Shown: in pieces, positions 1-7,091 of the stretch
Layout: each line of letters opens with the position of its first letter
How positions within the stretch are numbered: position 1 is the first letter of the stretch
Assembly: GCA_003165235.1 (NCBI GenBank)
Contig: PLSV01000176.1
Coordinates: forward strand, 18,090-32,000
Direction: 5' to 3'
Origin: Syntrophobacteraceae bacterium
GTDB taxonomy: Bacteria; Desulfobacterota; Syntrophobacteria; Syntrophobacterales; Syntrophobacteraceae
DNA: 13,911 nucleotides
The notes under the pieces: model-generated
What the model was told of the DNA's origin: nothing
Seen by the model: the letters and a program-made list of their open reading frames with translations, nothing else
The model's database searches: none
Translations under genes and position numbers: made by a program

Positions 1-953
1 GATGAGCCTTCACCGATGAGCTTATGAGCCAGGGCGAGATCGTATCCATCGTAGTCATAAACCTCCTTGGAATCGTTTGCGACGCGCGGATAGCAGAATT
101 TGAGTCCAGCACGTTTGAGCGGCGCCATGTGATCGAGAAACGCGATGTAAAACTGGATTTCTCTGTCGAAGGCCGAGATCGCTTCGTCCACAAAATTGCC
201 GTTATTGGCGCGGTAGCTGTCCAGGTTTGAAAATGTCTCGGGATACAGTCGGGCCACAAAATCCAGTATCTTGACTTCAATATGGTTCATCTGAGGCCAC
301 CAGGGAAATTCGATTCTATAGTCTTTCACGGCCCCCTGTTTAAATTTTTTGAATGTTTCCTCAACATCCGTGCTGTAATCGGATTCGGATTCATATTTGC
401 GAACTTTGAAGCCGTCGCCTGTGAGGAACACGCAATACTTTGCTGCGGCCAAATCAGCCTTAATCTTTTTTGTTTCGGCAAGAAGCAAGGTGAAACCGTC
501 AGACTGGACATAGTTAGCCAAGTATTTGCGAAACGCCAGGAACCCGCGAGATTTAAGAGCTTCATAGGCCAGATAGTCTGCAAAGCAATTCACCGCATCG
601 CAATAAATCTCCCCTGCGTCCAAATACCAGGCTTTTTCCTGATATTTGTGACCAAGAGCGTCTGCCTGGACCAGATGTTCGCGCATTGTGCGCATTTTTT
701 GCGTGAACGATTTTACCTGTTCAAACAGGGTCGCACTTTCAAGGTCCTGCATTACTTCATGACGATATTCGATCTCATCGGTACTGTTCAGCGGAAAGTA
801 AAAGAAGGGCTTTAGGTTATATTCATCCCTGCCCGCCGTGACGGCGGCTATGATTTGATCTAGATTTAAATCAGCAAAAAAATCGGCTTCGCCGAGTTGT
901 TGATCGTTTATGAAAACTTCTGGTCTCGCAAACAGTATGCTTGGGAAACTCAT
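1..953 (-). CDS. MutS-related protein (MutS-family ATPase paralog), N-terminal ~317 aa only; gene continues past the left edge of the window
   Basis: Hand translation of the minus strand from ATG (plus 'cat' 951-953) is open to position 1: MSFPSILFARPEVFINDQQLGEADFFADLNLDQIIAAVTAGRDEYNLKPFFYFPLNSTDEIEYRHEVMQDLES... From memory, the SILF...FF.DLNLDQI...YNL..FFY...EI.YRHEVM.DLE N-terminus is typical of the uncharacterised MutS-related family, not canonical MutS1/MutS2. A weak SD (AAGGTG) lies 7 nt upstream. The ORF is missing from the track because it runs off the window. The + ORFs 24-230 and 282-815 are its antisense shadows. Confidence 0.6.
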   Translation of the reverse strand, partial: MSFPSILFARPEVFINDQQLGEADFFADLNLDQIIAAVTAGRDEYNLKPFFYFPLNSTDEIEYRHEVMQDLESATLFEQVKSFTQKMRTMREHLVQADALGHKYQEKAWYLDAGEIYCDAVNCFADYLAYEALKSRGFLAFRKYLANYVQSDGFTLLLAETKKIKADLAAAKYCVFLTGDGFKVRKYESESDYSTDVEETFKKFKQGAVKDYRIEFPWWPQMNHIEVKILDFVARLYPETFSNLDSYRANNGNFVDEAISAFDREIQFYIAFLDHMAPLKRAGLKFCYPRVANDSKEVYDYDGYDLALAHKLIGEGS

Positions 954-1561
954 CGCCAAACACCTTTCGATAGAAACTAATGAAACATCGCATCGAAAAA
1001 AAAGCTTCTACTGTGCCCAGACAGCGCAATAGAGACTAAACTGCACGTTGGGATCGGATCTTCGCCTTAAACCCGAATAATGCTTCAACTTGATCCCCAA
1101 CAGGAGCCGAACCGCATTTGCGGGTCGGATTCCATCCAGAAAAGCTCTTGGTATGCCGGGTATCCGTGAATCATACGATTTCCAATCAAAACCCTCAAGA
1201 AAAAATGCCGATCAGGCCCATTTGGGCAGTTTGAGGAGATACCGCCATCGCCGCAGTTGATGGCGTGCTTCCAGCCTGTCCACGGTAGACGCCTGTCCAG
1301 GTAAGGCATCAGCCTCATTTCCGTCGAAGTGTGGCGCAAAACATTCGCAAGGCAGGACAGCTCTCCTGAATGTTGACATTACCAAGGCAGATACAGCCTT
1401 TCCAGGTCCGTTTCATTTGTGAACCTGTATGGCTTGTCGATTCTATCCACACCAGGCCTTGCGCGAACGCCCAATGCGCCAGATAGATGTGTCGCGCGGT
1501 AGGCCTGCCCGCTACGCGCTCGCACGACGCAGAGTGGATATTTTTTTTCAGCAGTGAAAGA

Positions 1562-1743
1562 AAGGGGTCAGGCCTTGAAAAAGGGAAAATGGGTGAGGTG
1601 GAACGTCATAAAACTCTTGAGTGAAATGATGGCGAGCGTCTCGCTGGAGAATAGAGCCCAGAGAGGTCATTTGCCATCTTGAGTGCAGGCTGGTCAAGCA
1701 GTTTTAAAAATTTACAAATTCCTTTTTCAAGGCCTGACCCCTT
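1562..1743. repeat. Perfect 23-bp inverted repeat (aaggggtcaggccttgaaaaagg, 1562-1584, and cctttttcaaggcctgacccctt, 1721-1743) flanking a 136-nt core; MITE/REP-like element or long-stem structured RNA
   Basis: Base-by-base reverse-complement check gives 23/23. The pairing extends imperfectly outward (tgaaa 1555-1559 with tttca 1745-1749 across a small internal loop). A T8 run (1541-1548) lies just 5' of it. No ORF of convincing length lies inside. Confidence 0.6.
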
Positions 1744-1752
1744 GTTTCATTC

Positions 1753-1766
1753 CCACATTAATGTGG
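1753..1766. repeat. 14-bp perfect palindrome CCACATTAATGTGG (candidate dimeric-regulator operator or upstream activating sequence (UAS))
   Basis: The sequence equals its own reverse complement. It lies 10 nt downstream of the right arm of the 23-bp inverted repeat and about 290 nt upstream of the radical SAM start. It is followed by a GC hairpin, GCCGCCA-ct-TGGCGGC (1789-1804). The function is not demonstrated. Confidence 0.35.
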
Positions 1767-1869
1767 TGTTACCCCTTTTCTTCTGCCCGCCGCCACTTGG
1801 CGGCTCGGTCCAGAGTGTACACGGCGCCGCGCGCAGCGTTGCACACACATTGCCCAGATAGGAGCCCCG

Positions 1870-2043
1870 ATGTATTATTTGAGCAGTGGCCCTCCGTCCC
1901 CTCAGTGCGGATTTACTCGATTCGTTTTAATCCCTGGATCAATAAATTCGCAATTCCTCAATGCCCACACATTTTGGCGCTTCGATCGCCGTTTCTCATT
2001 GCCGTTTGGAAAAAAAATTCAGGCTGCGATATACTGCTCGTGA
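1870..2043 (+). CDS. Candidate small ORF (57 codons, below the 60-aa track cutoff): MYYLSSGPPSPQCGFTRFVLIPGSINSQFLNAHTFWRFDRRFSLPFGKKIQAAIYCS
   Basis: ATG at 1870 is preceded by aGGAG (1860-1864) with 5-nt spacing. The TGA stop at 2041-2043 is 10 nt before the radical SAM ATG. Against it: third-position GC is about 46%, versus clearly higher in neighbouring genes, and the aromatic/Arg-rich composition is odd. It also overlaps both candidate promoter motifs for the downstream gene. Confidence 0.2.
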   Translation: MYYLSSGPPSPQCGFTRFVLIPGSINSQFLNAHTFWRFDRRFSLPFGKKIQAAIYCS

Positions 2044-2053
2044 GGATAAAAAT

Positions 2054-3808
2054 ATGCTTTGGAAGCTCAAACAGCGGTATCAAAAATGGCTGGAAGGCGA
2101 AAAGGGGACCATCCTGAAGGACTGGGGAGGCAAGATACGCATCGCCCTGGCCTTTCCGAACCGCTATGGCGTGGGGATGTCCAATCTTGGGTTCCAGTTC
2201 GTCTATGACGCTCTAAACCGGTTTGAAACCGTAGTGTGCGAGCGTGTATTCTACCCGGAGCCCGAAGATCTGGCCATGCTCAGACAATCTCCCGGAGGCC
2301 TGCTGTCGGTCGAATCTCAAAGGCCGCTTCTCGATTTTGACTTGGTCGCCTTCTCCGTCGCTTATGAAAACGATTACACAAATCTTATCGAAATGCTTCA
2401 GCTTGCTGCAATTCCCGCTCGGGCGCGAGACCGGACCTCAGCGCACCCCCTGGTCGCGGGAGGCGGAGTGGCGCTTTTCCTCAATCCCGAGCCCCTTGCC
2501 CCTTTTTTGGATTTTATATTCATTGGAGAGGCGGAATCGCTGCTGCCCGATTTTATCGACTTTTGGAAGCAATTGGAACATAGCTCTATCGGCCGCTCTG
2601 AAATTTTAAGAAAGATGGGGCAGTCGGTAGAGGGAATCTATGTTCCCTCTTTTTATGAGCCTGTGTTCAATTCGGACGGAACCCTGGATTCTATTCGCCC
2701 ACTTGATGGCTGCGGCCTTCCGGAAAGGGTCGCCAGCAGGAAGGCCGATCTTTCAAGAAGTCCTCCATGCAGGACTGCCGTGCTCACGGCCAATACCGAA
2801 TTCAACGACGTGCTTCTGCTCGAGATCGGGAGGGGGTGTGGACGCGGATGCCGGTTTTGCGCCGCTGGATTCATCTATCGGCCGGTCCGCTATCACGGTT
2901 TGCATGAGCTGCTGCAGGCCGCCGGCCCTGAAAACTCCGGCACAAAAAGGATAGGCCTCGTGAGCGCTGCGGTGTCCGATCACCCGGAGATAGTCCACCT
3001 ATGTTCTTCACTGCTCGAACGGGGGGCCTCCCTTTCCTTTTCTTCGCTCCGGGCGGATGCGCTTAACGCCCAAATCGTTTCAGCGCTGGAATCGAGCGGG
3101 CGCCAGGCAGTTGCAATCGCCCCCGAGGCGGGGTCGGAGAGGCTCAGGCGGGTTATCAACAAGAATTTGTCGGAAGATCAGATATACAACGCAGTCGAAA
3201 TCCTGGCCCAAAAGGGAATCCTGAATATCAAGCTCTACTTTATGATAGGGCTCCCGACCGAAACCGGCGAAGACCTGGAGGCGATCGTCGAGATTGCAAA
3301 AGGGATCCGCCATCATGTACTGTACGCAAGCCGCGGTAAAACACGGCTTGGAACCATTACGCTAAGCGTAAATTCCTTTGTTCCGAAGCCTTTTACGCCG
3401 TTTCAGTGGACGGCTTTCGCAGGAGTGGGGGAGCTTAAGACAAAAGCCAAATGGATTCAGAAAGCCCTGGGGAAAGTACCCAACATCCGGGTCCATTTCG
3501 ACATGCCGAAGTGGGCGTACGTTCAGGCGCTCCTGTCCAGGGGAGACCGCAGGGTTTCCTATTTTTTGGAGAAAGTCGGACTCGATGGGCTCAACTGGCG
3601 TCAGGCAATGCGCAGTTCTCCTTTAAACCCTGACTTCTGGGTTATGAGGGAGCGGGAGCGTGAGGAAAAATTCCCCTGGGAGGTGATAGACAACGGGATC
3701 GAGCGTAAATTCCTGTGGGAGGAATACCAGCGTGCTCTTGAGGAAAAGGAGAGCCCCGAATGCCGGCCGGAGCTAAATTGCGCAAGATGCGGGGTTTGCG
3801 GGCCGTGA
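2054..3808 (+). CDS. Radical SAM protein, TIGR03960-like (B12-binding-like N-terminal domain plus radical SAM core), 584 aa
   Basis: Start taken at MLWKLKQRY (ATG 2054, GAGGA 2042-2046, 7-nt spacing) rather than the track start at 1961. CX3CX2C motif GCGRGCRFCAAG has cysteine codons at 2837, 2849 and 2858. The N-terminus IALAFPNRYGVGMSNLGFQFVYDALN...CERVFYP...ESQRPLLDFDLVAFSVAYENDYTNLIEMLQLAAIP...HPLVAGGG...NPEPLAPFLDFIFIGEAE matches my memory of this family. An extra C-terminal Cys cluster, CRPELNCARCGVCGP, lies at 3761-3799. Confidence 0.85.
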   Translation: MLWKLKQRYQKWLEGEKGTILKDWGGKIRIALAFPNRYGVGMSNLGFQFVYDALNRFETVVCERVFYPEPEDLAMLRQSPGGLLSVESQRPLLDFDLVAFSVAYENDYTNLIEMLQLAAIPARARDRTSAHPLVAGGGVALFLNPEPLAPFLDFIFIGEAESLLPDFIDFWKQLEHSSIGRSEILRKMGQSVEGIYVPSFYEPVFNSDGTLDSIRPLDGCGLPERVASRKADLSRSPPCRTAVLTANTEFNDVLLLEIGRGCGRGCRFCAAGFIYRPVRYHGLHELLQAAGPENSGTKRIGLVSAAVSDHPEIVHLCSSLLERGASLSFSSLRADALNAQIVSALESSGRQAVAIAPEAGSERLRRVINKNLSEDQIYNAVEILAQKGILNIKLYFMIGLPTETGEDLEAIVEIAKGIRHHVLYASRGKTRLGTITLSVNSFVPKPFTPFQWTAFAGVGELKTKAKWIQKALGKVPNIRVHFDMPKWAYVQALLSRGDRRVSYFLEKVGLDGLNWRQAMRSSPLNPDFWVMREREREEKFPWEVIDNGIERKFLWEEYQRALEEKESPECRPELNCARCGVCGP

Positions 3809-3821
3809 TAGAGGATGTCGA

Positions 3822-4496
3822 ATGCTGGATGTTGTGGCTGAAAAAATCACCCGAATCTATCCCATGGGCAGGGTCGAGGTCGTAGGAGTGTGCGAAATCG
3901 ATCTCGAAATTTCACATGGAGAAATGGTCCTGATAAAGGGTGAAAGCGGTTCGGGCAAGAGCACGCTGCTTTCGCTTCTGGCCGGATTGGACCGCCCGAC
4001 AAGCGGCAGCCTGACCGTATCGGGGCTTAAGCTCGAAAGCGCCTCAGCCGGCGAACTCACCGAATTCCGCAGAAGATCGGTTGGAATCGTCTTTCAGTTC
4101 TTTAATCTTCTGCCGACGCTCACAGTGATCGAGAATGTAAGCCTCCCCGCCCTCCTGGCGGGAGAGGGGCGCCCGGCGGCGGCCAAACGCGCGGCGGATC
4201 TCCTCAGTTGGCTCGGGATGGACAAGCGCGCGAACCACTTTCCTTCCCAGCTCTCGGGGGGCGAGATGCAGCGGAGCGCCATTGCCCGCTCCCTTATAAA
4301 CGACCCCTCCGTAATTCTTGCAGACGAACCTACAGGCAACCTCGACAGCAAAAACGCGACAGCAGTGATCGAGCTTCTGGCAAAGCTTAACCGCGATCTT
4401 CGCCGGACGGTTATCATCGCCACCCATAGCTCCCTGGCCGATCGCTACTGCACGGCGAGGCTGGTGCTAAAAGACGGCGCCATAGTGGAGAGCTAG
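3822..4496 (+). CDS. ABC transporter ATP-binding protein, MacB/LolD/FtsE-like subfamily, 224 aa
   Basis: Walker A GESGSGKST, Q-loop FQFFNLLP, signature LSGGEMQR, Walker B ILADEPTGNLD, H-loop ATHS. GAGGA (3811-3815) lies 6 nt before the ATG. The gap after the radical SAM stop is 13 nt. Confidence 0.93.
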   Translation: MLDVVAEKITRIYPMGRVEVVGVCEIDLEISHGEMVLIKGESGSGKSTLLSLLAGLDRPTSGSLTVSGLKLESASAGELTEFRRRSVGIVFQFFNLLPTLTVIENVSLPALLAGEGRPAAAKRAADLLSWLGMDKRANHFPSQLSGGEMQRSAIARSLINDPSVILADEPTGNLDSKNATAVIELLAKLNRDLRRTVIIATHSSLADRYCTARLVLKDGAIVES

Positions 4497-7085
4497 ATGC
4501 GGGGCTTCTTTCGCCTTTGGGTCTGGTTCAGCTTCCGTGAACTGAGAGGCCATGCGTGGCGAACGGTTGTGGTGCTGGCGGGGATCAGCCTCGGGGCGGC
4601 CGTCTTTACCAGTGTGCGCCTGGCCGCCAATGCTTCGGTCCAGTCCTTCGCAAAGGGTATGGACGCGATTTCGGGCAGGGCGGACCGGACCGTGACGCTT
4701 CCAGGAGGGCGTCTGCCCGAAGAGCTTGTATCCGTCCTGTTCAACTCGCCTGACCTCATCGCCGTATCTCCTCTCATGTCAGCCTACGTTCGGGTGGAAG
4801 GAAGCGACGAACCGCTGCTCCTGTTCGGAGTCGATCCAATACTTGAGCGGCCCTTGAGGACATGGAAATCCGAGCCGTCCGATTCGCGGAAAGATGTTCG
4901 CATGTGGCTCCGCCTTATCGGCGATCCTTTCACCATGATCGCCTCAAAGAGATTTTTACAAAAAAGCGGAGTTCGCGCAGGCGAGTCTGTTCGCCTGCAG
5001 GGCGTTGCCTCCGCAGGCTCTTTTGTAGTGCTGGGCGAACTTGCCTCGGAGGGACCGGGCGCCCTCGAGAGGGGAAATATCGCCATTGCCGACATCGCCA
5101 CTTTCCAGGAATTCACTGGAGTATACGGAGAAGTCGACCGCATCGACCTTATTTTCACCCGCCCCCTGACCGCAGACAAGCTGGACAGGGTAAAAGCCCT
5201 GCTCCCGGCGGGGGCCGAACTTGCGCAGCCCTCGGAGGCGAAAGAAACCGGCCTTGTGATGATCCGGGCCTACCAGATGAACCTCTCGGTCCTGAGTTTC
5301 GTTTCGCTCTTCGTGGGCATGTTCCTGGTTTACAGCCTGATTTCGCTCCACGCGACCTCAAGGCGAAAGGAGCTTGCCATTCTACGCTCGGTTGGCGCCT
5401 CCTCGCGTGCGGTTTTCCTGTTATTCATCGCCGAAGGTTGCTTTTTTGGAATTGTGGGCTGGGCGCTGGCAGTCCCCGCAGGCCTTTTCATGACCAAAAA
5501 ACTGGTCGGCTACGTCAGCTTGACCGTATCTCACCTTTTCGCGCGGGTGAACGTGGAAGATCTCGGACTTACCGGATGGGAATTGCTCCTGTCTTTTGCC
5601 ATAACCCTGCTGGTGGCGGTGTTGGCGGCATGTCAGCCCGCCTTTGAGGCTTCAAGGGTCCGGGCGCGGGAGGCGCTGCTTATGCGGGAAGCATCTTCCC
5701 GGGACGAGGCGAACCTCATCAGGCGGCTTTCCATTCTCGGATTGTTTCTTGCGGCGGCCGTCTGGCCGCTTGCCCGGGCGCCGGCGTTTTCCGCAATCCC
5801 TGTCTCCGGATACATGGCTACTTTTTCTCTGTTTCTGGGCTTTTCTCTTTTCTCACCGATTATCCTGAAAGCCGCAGGAACCCATTTGCCTCCCATCGTG
5901 CTAAGGGCCGGCCTCGGTGAGACCACATACCTCGGGACCAGCTATCTTAGAAGCGCCGGGGCCAGGGTCGCCATCTCGGTGGGGGCGCTCATAACGGCGA
6001 TCGGGCTTTTCTCGGCGCTGGTCATTATGATCCACAGCTTCAGGGACTCCGTTTCCGCCTGGATACACCAAAGCATAAACGGCGACCTTTACGTGCGGGC
6101 GAAGATGTCCGAAATAAACAGTTACCGCGACTCGCTTCCACCTGAAATTGCAGCCGGCCTCGAGGAATTACGCAGCGAGGCGGAGGTGGTCCCCTACCGC
6201 CGGATACTCTTGAACTACGGCGCTATCCCCTACCTGCTCGAACCAATTGACACCGTGAGCTACCTGCGCCGCTCCGGTTTCATTTTCATTGAAGGCGCCC
6301 CTGCGAGCGTCGCCTCAGCGTTAAATGAGGGAAAAGGCGTCGTTGTTTCGGAGGTTTTTTCGAACCAGACAGGATTGCGGGTTGGACAACGGTTCAAAAC
6401 GGTCGTCGAATCCGTTGAACTCGACATGCCGATTCTAGGGATTATCCGGGACTACCGGACGCGGGGCAGGGTCGTATATTGCTCCCTCTCTTTTTTTGAG
6501 CACGCAACGGCAGACAGTCGATGGACCGGCGCGATTATATTTGTAAACGACAGGGGCGCAGGCCTGGGCCGGAGGATCGTCGGCCTCAGAAACCGCATTC
6601 TCCTCAGCGCCGCCCAATGGGGCGAAAGCATCGAGGCCAGTGCGGGATCGGACCTGCGCCTCGACATACTCCAGATATTCGACGAAACATTCGCGGTAAC
6701 CACAGCGCTGCTTTTCATCTCCCTTGTGATATCAGCGCTCGGTGTGGCGACCACATTGACTATTCTGGTGCTGGAGCGCGCCAGGCAGTTTCAGACAATG
6801 ATAGCTACCGGCGCGAGCGCCGCTCAGATAAGGGCCGTAATCGGCTGGGAAGCCCTGACGATGGTTTTGATGGGCGAGGCGCTCGGCCTTGCGTGCGGCT
6901 TTATTCTATCGGTTCTGTTGATTTTCGTGATAAACAAACAATCTTTCGGATGGACTTTCATCTATTCAGTTGACTGGCTTACCCTTGCAGCATCTTTCCC
7001 GCTCGTGTGCGCGGCCGCGCTGCTGGCGGCGGTCCTGGCGGCCCAACTGGTGTTGAGGGGGACTCCTGCGTCGGTATTGAGATAA
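4497..7085 (+). CDS. ABC transporter permease with two FtsX domains (YbbP/MacB-type), 862 aa
   Basis: The ATG abuts the ATPase stop (TAGATG). The N-terminal TM is FRELRGHAWRTVVVLAGISLGAAVF. The first FtsX-like block is SRRKELAILRSVGASSRAVFLLFIAEG. The second is ERARQFQTMIATGASAAQIRAVIGWEALTMVLMGEALGL. Each is preceded by a long, presumably periplasmic, segment. Confidence 0.9.
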   Translation: MRGFFRLWVWFSFRELRGHAWRTVVVLAGISLGAAVFTSVRLAANASVQSFAKGMDAISGRADRTVTLPGGRLPEELVSVLFNSPDLIAVSPLMSAYVRVEGSDEPLLLFGVDPILERPLRTWKSEPSDSRKDVRMWLRLIGDPFTMIASKRFLQKSGVRAGESVRLQGVASAGSFVVLGELASEGPGALERGNIAIADIATFQEFTGVYGEVDRIDLIFTRPLTADKLDRVKALLPAGAELAQPSEAKETGLVMIRAYQMNLSVLSFVSLFVGMFLVYSLISLHATSRRKELAILRSVGASSRAVFLLFIAEGCFFGIVGWALAVPAGLFMTKKLVGYVSLTVSHLFARVNVEDLGLTGWELLLSFAITLLVAVLAACQPAFEASRVRAREALLMREASSRDEANLIRRLSILGLFLAAAVWPLARAPAFSAIPVSGYMATFSLFLGFSLFSPIILKAAGTHLPPIVLRAGLGETTYLGTSYLRSAGARVAISVGALITAIGLFSALVIMIHSFRDSVSAWIHQSINGDLYVRAKMSEINSYRDSLPPEIAAGLEELRSEAEVVPYRRILLNYGAIPYLLEPIDTVSYLRRSGFIFIEGAPASVASALNEGKGVVVSEVFSNQTGLRVGQRFKTVVESVELDMPILGIIRDYRTRGRVVYCSLSFFEHATADSRWTGAIIFVNDRGAGLGRRIVGLRNRILLSAAQWGESIEASAGSDLRLDILQIFDETFAVTTALLFISLVISALGVATTLTILVLERARQFQTMIATGASAAQIRAVIGWEALTMVLMGEALGLACGFILSVLLIFVINKQSFGWTFIYSVDWLTLAASFPLVCAAALLAAVLAAQLVLRGTPASVLR

Positions 7086-7091
7086 TGTAAA

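Noticed and set aside
282-815. Long ORFs lying antisense to, or out of frame with, confident genes. Examples: 24-230 +, 282-815 +, 4862-5647 +, 4784-5179 -, 6521-6973 +, 7828-8304 -, 9744-10430 +, 10057-10566 +, 10855-11223 -, 12507-12836 +, 13109-13483 +.
   Set aside because: Each lies fully inside a gene with clear family motifs on the other strand or frame. Their products are Arg/Pro/Gly/Cys-rich and low in complexity, with no SD. They are typical shadow ORFs of moderately GC-rich DNA.
1104-1132. Hairpin GAGCCGAACCGC-attt-GCGGGTCGGATTC, resembling a group II intron domain V (AGC triad, bulged 3' strand).
   Set aside because: The loop is not GNRA and the bulge size and position are off. 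There is no reverse transcriptase/maturase ORF and no GUGYG 5' end, and the intron body would have to overlap the MutS-like gene. This is most likely coincidence.
1011-1567. Two minus-strand frames in the spacer stay open for about 130-160 codons with a single stop each: TGA at 1212-1214 and TAA near 1379-1381. One includes track ORF 1085-1339. I considered a decayed gene (for example a RAYT/IS200-like transposase, given the nearby REP-like repeats) or a TGA-selenocysteine gene.
   Set aside because: The local stop-codon density is low on both strands, so such runs are not statistically compelling (roughly P about 0.1 per frame). There is no SD, no recognisable motif (no HUH or catalytic Tyr block), no SECIS-like hairpin after the TGA, and no redox context for selenocysteine. 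BLASTX of 1000-1610 would settle it.
1583-1675. Cobalamin-riboswitch-like fragments inside the inverted-repeat core: GGGAAaatGGGTGa and a B12-box-like AGCCCAGAGAGGTCATTTGCC.
   Set aside because: Only short partial matches. The conserved CCCGCAACTG/GCCACTG elements are absent, and the element lies about 400 nt from the nearest downstream gene. An Infernal scan with RF00174 would be decisive, and I expect no hit.
1961-2053. 5'-extended versions of track ORFs: radical SAM from 1961, lptF from 10850, lptG from 9510, fliS from 10759 and KH from 13542.
   Set aside because: In each case an internal start with an SD or a coupling junction coincides with the conserved family N-terminus. The extra residues look like translated non-coding DNA.
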